Positions 26,904 to 36,456 of a stretch of 64,000 nt of DNA are shown piece by piece. The position numbers and the translations under genes are program-made. This DNA comes from Thermoplasmata archaeon. GTDB taxonomy: Archaea; Thermoplasmatota; Thermoplasmata; Lutacidiplasmatales; UBA184. The notes under the pieces were generated by a model. It was not told the origin of the DNA. It worked only from the letters and a program-made list of their open reading frames with translations, and searched no databases. The number at the start of each line of letters is the position of its first letter. Position 1 is the stretch's first letter. Where the stretch lies: contig JAKAYT010000003.1 in the NCBI GenBank assembly GCA_021826685.1, positions 7,980-71,979 on the forward strand, written 5' to 3'.

Positions 26904-28054
26904 CGACCGCCCTCCGTAGCGGCCGTGAGAGCTGCGCCGATGTCCTCGACCAGATCGTCGGCGCTCTCGCAACCGGCGCTGAGCCGGATGAGTCCCTCCG
27001 GTAGGGACTCTCCGGCCCATCGACCCCGCCGCTCGGCCGTAGTGTGGACCCCGCCGAAGCTGGTCGCGGTAAGGACCAGATGGCACGCGTGGAGGAACCG
27101 TTCGGCAGTCGCTCGGTCCGCGAGCTCGAAGCTTACGATCGGCCCGAAGCGACGCATCTGGCGGGAAGCGATCGGGTAGGAAGGATCGTTCGGAAGCCCC
27201 GGATAGCGCACCTGCCGGGTCTCGGGGCGCGTCCGGAGGAACCTCGCGATCGCGAGGGCGTTCGCGCACGCGCGCTCGAGACGGACGTCCATCGTCTCGA
27301 GGGACCGATGCGCGAGCCATACCTCCATCGGTCCGGCGATGGAGCCCTGCTCGTCGCGCCCGCTCTTCAGACGAGCCGCACGTTGGGGATCGCGCACCGC
27401 AACGTGGCCGAGGATGAGGTCGCTGTGTCCGCAGAGTGCTTTCGAATCGCTGGCGACGGAAAAGTCGGCACCGAGCTCGAGCGGCCGCTGGGCAAGTACG
27501 GTCGCCGTGGTGTTGTCGACGGCGACGAGCGCTCCCCGCCGGTGGGCCTCGGCAATCATGGGAGCCAAGTCGCACACATCGAGCATGGGATTGCTCGGTG
27601 ACTCGAGCCAGACGAGCGTCGCTCCCTCGAACAGATCCGCGAACTTCGGATCCGCCGTCGGGGCCATTCGGACTTCGACGCCCAGCGGGGCGTAGAATTC
27701 CCGAGCGACCCGCCGGGCCAGGTTGTAGCCGTCGGAAGGCATGGCGAGGACGCGGGAACCCGAGGCACGCAGGAGCGTGTCGGTCCACACCGCGTTTACG
27801 GCCGCCATCCCCGACGCGTAGACGAGCGTGGGCCCTCCTTCGAGGTCGGTGAGGGCCCGTTCAAAGCGCGTCCAAGTCGGGTTGCCGTTGCGGCCGTAGG
27901 TGTAGGGGGAACTCGAAGGCTCGCCCTCCAAGAAGAATTTCGACGCGAAGGTCGGTCCGGGCAAGAACGGCTCTCCTTGCGCCGGAGCGGGGAGCCCCGC
28001 CTTGATCACGCGGGTCGCGTCGCGCATGCGGTGCCGGACGGCCCCGACCGTCAA
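26900..28054 (-). CDS. Cys/Met-metabolism PLP enzyme (cystathionine gamma-synthase/lyase family)
   Basis: YGRNGNPTW, ASGMAAV, LESPSNPML, VAVDNTTAT and the PLP-lysine block SDSKALCGHSD. Confidence 0.85.
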   Translation of the reverse strand: MTVGAVRHRMRDATRVIKAGLPAPAQGEPFLPGPTFASKFFLEGEPSSSPYTYGRNGNPTWTRFERALTDLEGGPTLVYASGMAAVNAVWTDTLLRASGSRVLAMPSDGYNLARRVAREFYAPLGVEVRMAPTADPKFADLFEGATLVWLESPSNPMLDVCDLAPMIAEAHRRGALVAVDNTTATVLAQRPLELGADFSVASDSKALCGHSDLILGHVAVRDPQRAARLKSGRDEQGSIAGPMEVWLAHRSLETMDVRLERACANALAIARFLRTRPETRQVRYPGLPNDPSYPIASRQMRRFGPIVSFELADRATAERFLHACHLVLTATSFGGVHTTAERRGRWAGESLPEGLIRLSAGCESADDLVEDIGAALTAATEGGR

Positions 28055-28160
28055 ACCCTCTTCGGGGGCCCTGAACCGGGGGACGCCCGGCCCGCGACCG
28101 GCGGTAGGGCCACGGAGCGGACGAGAGGGGTCTCCGGCGGCCCGACCGATGCGGGTCGCG

Positions 28161-28718
28161 CTAGGCCGATGGAGGAATCAGACCCACGGCCTCGAGCACG
28201 TCGTCGTGAGAACGGGCCATCTCCTCCCGCTTCAACGTCCGCGTGTCCACGAGCGCGAGGTCCTTCCACGCCGGGGCGGGCCCGAGCTCGGACTCGGAGA
28301 CCGGCCCTGTGTAGACGAATCCGATGTCCCAATGGTGGGCGAGGTCGGGAAAGTGCCGGGGCGTTGCGACCTCGGAGAAGATCCGCGGAGGCTCGAGCGT
28401 GCGGTCGCGCCGCAACCCGAGCTGTTCGACTAGAATGCGGCGGGCCGCCGCCTCCGGCGCTTCGCCGAAGATGAGGTGCGAGGACGGGATCATCCATCCC
28501 TTCGAGTGAATCTCGGCGCGTCGGGCATCGAGGGCTCCGATGTGGTCCCAGGGAGCACGGGGATCGAGATGCCCGAGGAGGATGCGGTGCGCGTCCGATG
28601 GGTCGTGCAGCATCACGAACGCCGACAGGCACATGCCTCCCTTCGGCACCTCGGTGATCGATAGAGAGGTCCCCGACGGAGGGTACGCGAATCGACAGAA
28701 CGCACGGTCAGTCGTCAT
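28161..28718 (-). CDS. NUDIX hydrolase
   Basis: Nudix-box-like GEAPEAAARRILVEQLGL (G-x5-E-x7-R-x-x-x-E-x-x-G pattern). Confidence 0.7.
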   Translation of the reverse strand: MTTDRAFCRFAYPPSGTSLSITEVPKGGMCLSAFVMLHDPSDAHRILLGHLDPRAPWDHIGALDARRAEIHSKGWMIPSSHLIFGEAPEAAARRILVEQLGLRRDRTLEPPRIFSEVATPRHFPDLAHHWDIGFVYTGPVSESELGPAPAWKDLALVDTRTLKREEMARSHDDVLEAVGLIPPSA

Positions 28719-28804
28719 GCTCGCACGAGCCTCCCTTGGGATATCGGTCTTGCCCCTAGCTCTTCGCTCCTGCTCAAATACGAGGCGGGGAGTGCTCGCG
28801 GGTC

Positions 28805-29107
28805 ATGCCCCCGCGACGATCGGCGAAGCGCACGCCAAGGCCCCGGGCCCGGCCGCCTCCCCGGCAGCGGCGACGAACCACGACGGTCCAGGATCGTCGA
28901 CGGATCCTCCACCTCCCCGAGCCTCCGCACGGCCACATCGTCTGTCGCAGTTGCGGGCGGATCCATCCGCTCGATCTCCTACCGGCCGACCGCGACGTCC
29001 TCCTCGAGATGACTGCGCGCGGACCGGACGGCTGGGCGGTCGAACGCGTCGCCTACTCAATCGCCGCCGTGTGCCCGAGATGCCAACGGAACGTAGCCGC
29101 GACGTGA
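28805..29107 (+). CDS. Fur-family C-terminal (metal-binding/dimerisation) domain protein lacking a recognisable winged-helix domain
   Basis: PHGHIVCRSCGRIHPLD ... AVCPRCQ matches the H-x-H-x-x-C-x-x-C-G ... C-x-x-C layout of Fur/Zur/PerR C-terminal domains. The 40 N-terminal residues are Arg/Pro-rich. Confidence 0.5.
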   Translation: MPPRRSAKRTPRPRARPPPRQRRRTTTVQDRRRILHLPEPPHGHIVCRSCGRIHPLDLLPADRDVLLEMTARGPDGWAVERVAYSIAAVCPRCQRNVAAT

Positions 29108-29141
29108 GACCCGACCGCTCGCCGGGGGGGCGGCCGCTTCG

Positions 29142-30299
29142 ATGATGGGGTTCTTCACTAGCCCGCGCATCGGTTTCGGTCCGGGAGCGATCGAACAGCT
29201 CGCCGGCCTCGAGCCCCACCGAGTCCTGTTGCTCGTTGCTCCGAGCGTGAGCGGACTCGACGGGGTACGTCGGATCGAGGAGTTCGTCCGGCATCTCGAG
29301 ATCGAGATCTCGACCCGGGTTGTGGGACGCGGACCGACGACGATCGAGCAGGCCGAACAGCTCGCTTCGGAGATCGGCACCTCGTTCGACACGATCGTCG
29401 TGGCCGGGGGGGGTCAGACCATCGACCTTGCGAAGGCGGTCCGAGCGCGTCTCGCGCGACCGGACCTTCCCCTGGGAGACTGGACCCCTCTCACGGACGT
29501 TCCCGTGAACGGGATGGCTCGCCTCGTGGCGCTTCCCTCCACGGGAGGTAGCGGCAGCGAGATGACCGGGGCGGCCCACCTCTACGATCCGGAGGGCGGC
29601 ACCGTCGAGCTTTCCCACCGGGCGCTCGCTCCCGACTGGGCGCTCCTAGATCCGGCGATGGCTAGCGCCGTGCCGGCCTCGCTCGCGATCCCGATCGGCT
29701 TCGAGGTAGTCGCCCATGCCATGGAGGCGTTGGCCTCGGAATGGGCCAATCCGTTCACCGACGCACTCGCTCGGGATGCCCTGTCCACGAGCATCCCGAG
29801 CCTCTCGAAGCTCGCGCGCCAACCCCGGGGCATGGATGCCCGGACCGAGCTCTACTACGCCGCCGGTCGCGCCGGCCTCGCGGGCGCCAATGCCTCGCTT
29901 GGGCTCGCCCACGCGCTGGCCCGCGCTCTCGTCCCCGAGTTCCCGGCGCTCGGCTACGCGCGCCTTCTCGCGATGGCGCTCCCTCCCACCGTCGACTACA
30001 ACTTCCCGTCGGCCCGCGATCGTTACCGCGAAGTCGAGGAAGAGTTCCCCGGAGGCGGGGATCCCACGCCCGCGTCTCTCAGCGAGCGCGTACGCGGGTT
30101 CGTGAAAGAGGTGGGCCTCGCGCCCGACCTCGCGGCCGCGGGTCTGGATGCGGTTCCTTCCCCCGCCCGCCGGGCTCTCGTCGTCGAGCGCGTGCGCCGG
30201 TCGACGTCGATCGTGGGGAATCCGAGGGTCCCATCTCCGGGGGAGATCGGACGGCTGCTCGACCTGATACAGTGGGGAGCTCGGGGGGCTCCACCATAG
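29142..30299 (+). CDS. Iron-containing (group III) alcohol dehydrogenase family protein
   Basis: IVVAGGGQTIDLAKAV, a Gly-rich PSTGGSGSEMT and His-containing helices (EVVAHAMEAL, LGLAHALARAL) follow the Fe-ADH layout. Confidence 0.8.
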   Translation: MMGFFTSPRIGFGPGAIEQLAGLEPHRVLLLVAPSVSGLDGVRRIEEFVRHLEIEISTRVVGRGPTTIEQAEQLASEIGTSFDTIVVAGGGQTIDLAKAVRARLARPDLPLGDWTPLTDVPVNGMARLVALPSTGGSGSEMTGAAHLYDPEGGTVELSHRALAPDWALLDPAMASAVPASLAIPIGFEVVAHAMEALASEWANPFTDALARDALSTSIPSLSKLARQPRGMDARTELYYAAGRAGLAGANASLGLAHALARALVPEFPALGYARLLAMALPPTVDYNFPSARDRYREVEEEFPGGGDPTPASLSERVRGFVKEVGLAPDLAAAGLDAVPSPARRALVVERVRRSTSIVGNPRVPSPGEIGRLLDLIQWGARGAPP

Positions 30300-30323
30300 C
30301 TAACCCGCTACCTATCGAGATGG

Positions 30324-31424
30324 TTACGAAGGGATGGTGGCGGCCGACGCGCGGCGACCGGGCCGCTCGGGCGGGGCGGGCGCACGGGGAGTCGGTGTGA
30401 CCTCGGGACTCTCGACCGCGTGGTTGATCGCGAGCTCGCACAGGTCGCTCGCATAGAGCGCCGTTCGTTCGATGCTCTCTAAGATGTAGGCCAGCCCGAC
30501 GGCGATGCGCCCTCGACGGGTGACGACCTCGCTTAGGACGTGAGCCCGTTCTTCGACGAGCCGGTGGACCGTGTCGATGATCGCGTTCGCGTGGGGGATG
30601 TCGCGCCGCTCAAGGGTGCCGAGCGCGTCGGCGAGGCTCTGCGTTGCGGTCGAGGCCATCTTCTCGAGCTCCGTGACGACCGAAGCCGGGGGCTTCTCCT
30701 TCTCGAACATCTGGACGGTCTCCGCGATGCGCACCGCGTGGTCGGCGACCCGTTCGAGCAATCGGGAGGTCAGGAGGTAGGTCGTGCACTCGGGCAACGT
30801 CAGATCGAGCGAGGAGAGGACGCGGGCGTCCCGCAGGGCCGAGTTCACCTGCTTTTCCATGAACCAGTGAAGTCGGTCGACCTCCCAGTCGCGCTCGATC
30901 ACGTCCCGCGCGATCGATGTATCGTTGTCGCGGAAAGCCGCCATCGCGTCCGTATGCATCGCCCGGACCATCTGGTGCATCCGGCGGATCACCGAGCGGA
31001 TCGGGAGAGGGTTCGCGCCGACGACATCCTGGAGGATGACCGACTCCGCCGTTTCCTCGAGGATCTCGGGGCCGATGACCCGCTGGGCGAATCCTCGAAC
31101 GACATCGCGGGTACGCGCGCTCATGCGGCCCTCGGTACGGATCTCGAGCAGCGAGGACCCCGCGATGTACTCGGCGATCAGCCGGCGAATGAGGTACTCC
31201 TCCTGCATCTCGTTCGAGACGAGGACCACGCGTCGTTGGACCTCCGGGTTCCCGGCCTCCTCGGGACTCACCGTGAGCGTACCGTCGGGGCGCGGCGTGA
31301 ACGCCAGCGAGTCGCCTGCATGGAGCCCGCGGCTCGTCACCCAGTTCTTGGGAAGCGAGATGATGAACGTCGAGCCACCGGTCTTTTGGATACGGCGCCC
31401 GTGAAACCCACCGGTAGAACGCAT
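30324..31424 (-). CDS. AbrB/SpoVT-domain plus PhoU-domain regulator (archaeal phosphate-uptake-regulator type)
   Basis: N-terminal RRIQKTGGSTFIISLPKNWVTSRGLHAGDSL is an AbrB swapped-hairpin motif. It is followed by two PhoU-like helical repeats (RDVIERDWEVDRLHW..., ERVADHAVRIAE). Confidence 0.8.
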   Translation of the reverse strand: MRSTGGFHGRRIQKTGGSTFIISLPKNWVTSRGLHAGDSLAFTPRPDGTLTVSPEEAGNPEVQRRVVLVSNEMQEEYLIRRLIAEYIAGSSLLEIRTEGRMSARTRDVVRGFAQRVIGPEILEETAESVILQDVVGANPLPIRSVIRRMHQMVRAMHTDAMAAFRDNDTSIARDVIERDWEVDRLHWFMEKQVNSALRDARVLSSLDLTLPECTTYLLTSRLLERVADHAVRIAETVQMFEKEKPPASVVTELEKMASTATQSLADALGTLERRDIPHANAIIDTVHRLVEERAHVLSEVVTRRGRIAVGLAYILESIERTALYASDLCELAINHAVESPEVTPTPRAPAPPERPGRRASAATIPS

Positions 31425-31446
31425 CGTACCGCGGGGGCCTTTACAG

Positions 31447-31458
31447 ACTATATAGTTT
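31447..31458 (-). promoter_or_regulatory. TATA-like box for the AbrB-PhoU gene
   Basis: CTATATAGTTTA is centred ~28 nt upstream of the minus-strand ATG at 31424, implying a leaderless or very short-leader mRNA. Confidence 0.4.
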
Positions 31459-31574
31459 AGGGTGAGCGCTCAGAGGCGAAACGAAATCTACGACGGCGCC
31501 GCGAGTGGCCGATCTCCCCCCCGCGCTCCCGCGAATGGTAAGACCCCCTTCCGCTCGTTGGGCCTGGCTATCGA

Positions 31575-33170
31575 ATGACGAACCGCAGAGAGGGAGGGCG
31601 ACGGCTTCCCATCCTGCAACGATCGATTCGTTACCATCGACCACGCGCCCCGTTCTGCGGGGTCGGGTACTGTACGAACTGCCTGGTACGCACCGACCAG
31701 CGGCTGAACGTCCGCGCGTGCCGGGAAGGGTTCCCGACCCGGGGGGTCCGAACGACATCCCATGCGTGGCCCTCGCCGCAGCACGATCTCCTCGGCGTCC
31801 TCGACTTTCTCTTTCCCCACGGGATCGACACCCTGCGAGGGTTCCGCTGGCCCGCGTGGGCCGTGCCGGCGTACCAGCGCATCGTCCGACGACTGGCGGG
31901 CTACGATAACCCCGATAGCGTCGCGCCTACTCCGTCTTCCGGCCCGCCCCGCATCCGCTCGGTGGACGTCCTCGTGATCGGCTGCGGCACGAGCGGAGCC
32001 GCCGCTGCGGACGAGCTTAAGGCTCGAGGGATCGACGCGATAGCTGTCTTGGACCGCAACGGGGCCGAAGGCGACGGCACGATGCCGGGTCGGACCACTG
32101 CGGTCTTCCTTCCACCCCCCACCCGCAATGCGGCGTATCCGTTCCGGGTCCTGGCGAGCGAAGGTTCCGAACGGGCGGCGCTCGTTTCTGCGCGCAAGGT
32201 GATCGTGGCCACTGGCGGATACGATGCGTCGCTCCTGTTTCCGGGGAACGATCGGCCGGGGGTCATGACGGCCGACGGCGCGTTCTCCTTCGAGCGCGAC
32301 GGGATCGAACCGTTCTTCCGTGCGGTCGTCTTCGGAGGAGGCGATCGGGCCCGGAAGGTGGTAGAGAAGCTCGGCGATCGGGTGGTCGCCGTCGTAGCGC
32401 CGGGCGAGATCGGGCCGGACCTCGCGCGCGCCGCGTCCGATCGCGGTATCCCTCTCTACCCTCGCTCGCTCGTTCTCGGGGCCCGGGGTCGCTCTCGGGT
32501 TCGGTCGATACGCATCCGGGCTCGGTCCTTCGGCCCCCGTCAGACCCTGAGCGCCGACGCCCTCGTGCTCGCGCATCGTCGTATCCCTCACCCGCAGTTG
32601 TTCTTTCAGGCGGGTGCCCGCATGGTCTGGCGCCCTGGGGTCGGGGCGTATCTGCCCGCGGTCGATGCCCACGGGGCCACCACCGTCCCGGGCCTCTACG
32701 CGGCCGGGTCCGCGGCCGGGGCCTTGGATCCGGATTCCTCGCGCGCCAGCGGGCGGGCCGCGGCCCGGGCGGTCGCCGAGGGGGTCGAGCCCGGCGTCGA
32801 CGTCACCCGTTCCTCGCCTCCCGAACCTCTGAACGAGATGCAGGGATACTATCGCGAACTTCTCGCAGAGCCGGAAGGATTCGCGAAGTGGATCGCGTGC
32901 CCGTGCGAGGATGTCCTGCTGCGCGAGCTGCGCCGAGCGAACGAGGACGGCTATCGGGGGATCGAGGTCATCAAGCGGTACACCGGCCTCGGTACCGGGC
33001 TCTGCCAGGGTCGCTACTGCGTGCCCGACGCCGTGCTCCTCCTATCGATCTGGGAGGGGAGGTCTCCCCCGGAGGTCGGCTACATCACCCAACGTCCTCC
33101 CGGGGTTCCCACGACGCTAGGCCAGCTCGCTACGTTGGAGACTCCGCTCTCGGGCCCGGAGGCGCCGTGA
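31575..33170 (+). CDS. Sarcosine-oxidase-alpha / opine-oxidase-A / archaeal proline-dehydrogenase-alpha-like FAD/NAD and [2Fe-2S] subunit
   Basis: N-terminal FCGVGYCTNCLVR...VRAC is a Fer2_4-like motif. VDVLVIGCGTSGAAAADEL is a dinucleotide fold. CPCEDV...GLGTGLCQGRYC is a BFD-like [2Fe-2S] motif. Confidence 0.75.
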   Translation: MTNRREGGRRLPILQRSIRYHRPRAPFCGVGYCTNCLVRTDQRLNVRACREGFPTRGVRTTSHAWPSPQHDLLGVLDFLFPHGIDTLRGFRWPAWAVPAYQRIVRRLAGYDNPDSVAPTPSSGPPRIRSVDVLVIGCGTSGAAAADELKARGIDAIAVLDRNGAEGDGTMPGRTTAVFLPPPTRNAAYPFRVLASEGSERAALVSARKVIVATGGYDASLLFPGNDRPGVMTADGAFSFERDGIEPFFRAVVFGGGDRARKVVEKLGDRVVAVVAPGEIGPDLARAASDRGIPLYPRSLVLGARGRSRVRSIRIRARSFGPRQTLSADALVLAHRRIPHPQLFFQAGARMVWRPGVGAYLPAVDAHGATTVPGLYAAGSAAGALDPDSSRASGRAAARAVAEGVEPGVDVTRSSPPEPLNEMQGYYRELLAEPEGFAKWIACPCEDVLLRELRRANEDGYRGIEVIKRYTGLGTGLCQGRYCVPDAVLLLSIWEGRSPPEVGYITQRPPGVPTTLGQLATLETPLSGPEAP

Positions 33171-34333
33171 GCACACCGACACGCTCGGAGTACCGCACGG
33201 TGATCGTCGGGGCCGGCGTGATCGGCCTCTACACCGCGTACTATCTCGCGCGCGCCGGCGCCGGTCCGATCCTGGTCGTGGACCGGGGATTCCTATCCTC
33301 CGGCGCGTCGGGCCGCAACGGGGGCGGAGTGCGCCAACAGTGGGAGACCCGGGCGACCGTCCGGCTGGCCCGAGAGTCGGTGGGTGCCTACCGCCGCTTC
33401 GCCCGTGACTTCGGCGTGAACCCGTGGTTCCGACAGTCGGGCTATGTCTTCCTCGCGGAGAACGGGGCCGAGCTCGAGCGGTTGCGACGCGTCCACGACA
33501 TCGTCGCGAGCGAGGGACTCCCGTCCGAGATCCTCGACTCCTCCCGCGTCGCGCGACTCGTGCCCGGGATCGCCCCCGAGGCAGCCGTGGGGGGAACCTA
33601 CCTTTCGACCGATGGCACGCTCTATCCGTTCCCGGTCGTTTGGGGCCTGTACGAAGCCGTCCGGGCCATGGGAACCGAAGTTCTGCTCGGAGCGGAAGCG
33701 CTCGGTGTCCGAAGCACCGCCGGACATCTGACCGGCGTCACGACCTCGAAGGGAGCGGTAGCCACCTCGACGTGCGTCAATGCGGCCGGAGGTTGGTCGC
33801 GCGACTTCTCCGAACGGGCCGGGCTCACTGTCGCGAACGCGCCGACCCGGCACGAGATCCTTGCCACGGAACCGCTGAAGCCGTTCCTCGACCCGATGGT
33901 CGTCCGGGCCCGCGACGGCCTCTACTTCAGCCAAACGATGCGCGGTGAGATCGTCGGCGGGCTCTCCCCTCCCTCACAGAACCCGGTGACGAGCGCGATG
34001 TCGAGCAGCCCGGCGTTCTTGGCACGGATGGCCGGAGCCCTCGTACGGATCCTCCCGTCGTTGGCCAGCGTGGGAGTGCTGCGAGCCTGGTCCGGGCTCT
34101 ACGACGATACGCCGGATGGCCTGCCCGTACTCGGCGAGGACCCTCGCTTGGGGGGATTCATCCACGCGAACGGGTTCGGAGGTCATGGCATGATGCTCGC
34201 CCCCTCGTCGACCGCCCGGGTTGCGCGAATGATCTTGGGCGAGCGCGTAGACCTCGACCCCGCGGAGTTCGGACCCCAGCGCTTCGACGGCGGGCAACCC
34301 TCGCACGCGACCGAGGCTCTGCAACTCGGCTGA
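33167..34333 (+). CDS. FAD-dependent oxidoreductase, sarcosine-oxidase-beta / proline-dehydrogenase-beta-like
   Basis: YRTVIVGAGVIGLYTAYYLARAG, SSGASGRNGGGVR and ANGFGGHGMMLAP. The GTG at 33167 overlaps the upstream TGA (GTGA). Confidence 0.85.
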   Translation: MSTPTRSEYRTVIVGAGVIGLYTAYYLARAGAGPILVVDRGFLSSGASGRNGGGVRQQWETRATVRLARESVGAYRRFARDFGVNPWFRQSGYVFLAENGAELERLRRVHDIVASEGLPSEILDSSRVARLVPGIAPEAAVGGTYLSTDGTLYPFPVVWGLYEAVRAMGTEVLLGAEALGVRSTAGHLTGVTTSKGAVATSTCVNAAGGWSRDFSERAGLTVANAPTRHEILATEPLKPFLDPMVVRARDGLYFSQTMRGEIVGGLSPPSQNPVTSAMSSSPAFLARMAGALVRILPSLASVGVLRAWSGLYDDTPDGLPVLGEDPRLGGFIHANGFGGHGMMLAPSSTARVARMILGERVDLDPAEFGPQRFDGGQPSHATEALQLG

Positions 34334-34378
34334 CGGTTGCCGTCGGTTTGATATGCGCTCGGCCCGCTGGGAAGGACC

Positions 34379-35701
34379 GTGATCGGCCAGTTTCCGTGGG
34401 ACCCGTTTCCCGCGAACGTTCCCCTGCCCAAGGGCCCCGATCCACTGCAGATCCACGCCTATCGGTCGGCCGTGACCTCGGCCGACGCGTACCGAGGCGT
34501 TCGGGAAGGCCTTCGCTTCGAGCACGATCTCCTGCGCATCGGGAACCGCTTCGTTCCCGTCGGTCGGTACCGTGAAGCGGCGTTCGTTGCCGTGGGCGAG
34601 GCCGCGGGGTCCATGGCGCAGGGGGCGATCGACGGGCTCGGCGAGTTCGTGACGGCGGGATTCGTCGCGGGGCCGAAGGACTCGCTGCATCAGGTCCCGT
34701 TCCCCCGCATCGAGGTCCCACTCGGTCCGCCGGTCTCGCCGCGCTCGGAGGACGTGGTGCGATCGATGATCGAGATCGCGGAGACGATGTCTCACGACCA
34801 GCTCCTGCTCCTGCTCCTCTCCCCCGGAGCGCTCAGCGCTCTCGCTCTCCCCCCGCCCGGAATGACCGGGGAGGAGGTGCAGGACCTTTGGGGAACGCTC
34901 ACGGAACGGGGAGCCTCCGGGCGGGAGATCGAGCGGACGATCCGGGTCCTGGCCCAGGGTGGAGTGGGCGGAGGGGTGGGAGAGCGCTTTGCGACCACCG
35001 ACATCGCGGCGTTCGTCGTGGACCGAGGGGACGGAGCGCGCCTCCTCGGAGGAGGACCGGTGCACCCCGTAGATCCGTCGGAGCGCGAAGAGGTCCGGGC
35101 CCTGCTCGAACGGCACGGACTGCGGGATCGATTGCCGGCGCCGGCCCGCGAACGGTTGACCCGGGCCGCCGGGCCCCCGGGCGGGCCGGTGCATCGGCCG
35201 GTCTACGTCGCGCGCCCCTCCGACGCGATCACGGGCGCCGGCGACGCTCTCTACGACCGCAAGTGGCGCATCCGTCTCGGGATGATGGATCTCGCGGGCA
35301 GGCCCGAGTCCGCCGCGGAACGATTCATCGCCCGGGTCGAAGAGGTCCTGGCCCACGAGCCGGACCTCGCCAAGGATCGCAGCCGCGGGATCGCGGTCCC
35401 TGCGATGACGACGCTCGACCAGCCCGAAGGGATCGACGATGGGCCGGCCATCGCGCGGTTTCTCCAGCACGCCGAAGGGCAGGTGCGGCGTCGGGAACTC
35501 AGCGTCGGGATCTTCCGGACGGTCGGCGCTCTCGGAGCTTCGGGATTCCCGGCCGGGGCCGTGATCGGCAAGCCGGGGAATCCCGAATTTTCCCGTCACG
35601 CCGGTCGCGCGCGCGCCGTTCCGATGGAGCCCGGGATCACCGACGTCGGCCACCTGGTCCTCGCGCTCTTCCCCGCGGACGAGGCCAGCGCTTCCAAGTA
35701 G
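34379..35701 (+). CDS. Glycerate-2-kinase (DUF4147/MOFRL) fold protein with degenerate motifs
   Basis: Collinear with the TtuD/GckA pattern, but the conserved blocks read VAVGEAAGSMA (usual GKAA), LLLLSPGALSAL (usual LiSGGGSAL) and RVLAQGGVGG (usual S-x-iKGG). Confidence 0.55.
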   Translation: MIGQFPWDPFPANVPLPKGPDPLQIHAYRSAVTSADAYRGVREGLRFEHDLLRIGNRFVPVGRYREAAFVAVGEAAGSMAQGAIDGLGEFVTAGFVAGPKDSLHQVPFPRIEVPLGPPVSPRSEDVVRSMIEIAETMSHDQLLLLLLSPGALSALALPPPGMTGEEVQDLWGTLTERGASGREIERTIRVLAQGGVGGGVGERFATTDIAAFVVDRGDGARLLGGGPVHPVDPSEREEVRALLERHGLRDRLPAPARERLTRAAGPPGGPVHRPVYVARPSDAITGAGDALYDRKWRIRLGMMDLAGRPESAAERFIARVEEVLAHEPDLAKDRSRGIAVPAMTTLDQPEGIDDGPAIARFLQHAEGQVRRRELSVGIFRTVGALGASGFPAGAVIGKPGNPEFSRHAGRARAVPMEPGITDVGHLVLALFPADEASASK

Positions 35702-35731
35702 GCCCCCCTCGACGGGAACGCCGACGCCGGC

Positions 35732-36376
35732 TCAGGGAGCCCGTGACGTTAGCGACTCGAAGTGACGCTTCAAGGACATGTACTCGTCAAAGGAGATCTC
35801 GCGACGCGCGCGGATGATCCCGGCCTGACGCAGGGACTCGATCCGATACTGCCGGATGAGCGTGTCGACGCTGCGGGTCGCCGTGGGCGGTGCTGTGGAG
35901 GGCCGCTCGGAAGCGGGAGGGGTTATCGCGGGTGGTGAAGCAGGCGTCGGCGGCGGGGATCGCGCGGGCGCGCCGGTTTCGAGGTGGGCGCGCAGTCGCT
36001 CGAACTCCGTCGCCGTGAGTTCTCCCTCGTCGAGAAGGAGCTCCAGCAGCTCGGGCTGGCGAGGTCGATACGTCTCGATGAGTTCCTCAATCGATCGATC
36101 CGGTCGAGGCTCGCCGAGGGCGAGGGTCGCGACGGCGCGTCGCAGGCGCTCGAAGGCCGCTTGGATCGCCTCGGCCGGTGGCCCGTCCGTCCCTTCGTCG
36201 AACTCGAGATGTTCGGCGAGGCGAACGGTCCCTTCTCCGGCGGCTCCTCCCCGATGGATCGGTCGCTCGACCGAAATCTCGACGTCGCGACGGCGAGGAG
36301 GCATGACGAGCCGACGGAGGTCGTGGTCCGCAAAAAGGTACGCTCGGAGTGAGGAGGAAGGATGGTCCCGAATCAA
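35732..36376 (-). CDS. Hypothetical protein with two SHOCT-like motifs and a Pro-rich linker
   Basis: LLLDEGELTATEFERLRAHL and ISFDEYMSLKRHF resemble SHOCT short C-terminal motifs. The start may be the internal MPPRRRD. Confidence 0.45.
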   Translation of the reverse strand: MIRDHPSSSLRAYLFADHDLRRLVMPPRRRDVEISVERPIHRGGAAGEGTVRLAEHLEFDEGTDGPPAEAIQAAFERLRRAVATLALGEPRPDRSIEELIETYRPRQPELLELLLDEGELTATEFERLRAHLETGAPARSPPPTPASPPAITPPASERPSTAPPTATRSVDTLIRQYRIESLRQAGIIRARREISFDEYMSLKRHFESLTSRAP

Positions 36377-36423
36377 TTACCCGCGGATATTCGATTGCGA
36401 CAGGCCATCAACTACCATACGGT

Positions 36424-36434
36424 AACTATAAGAA
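36424..36434 (+). promoter_or_regulatory. TATA-like box for the HxlR-family gene
   Basis: AACTATAAGAA is centred ~28 nt upstream of ATG 36457. Confidence 0.4.
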
Positions 36435-36456
36435 CCCACACGCCCTATTGTTTCCG

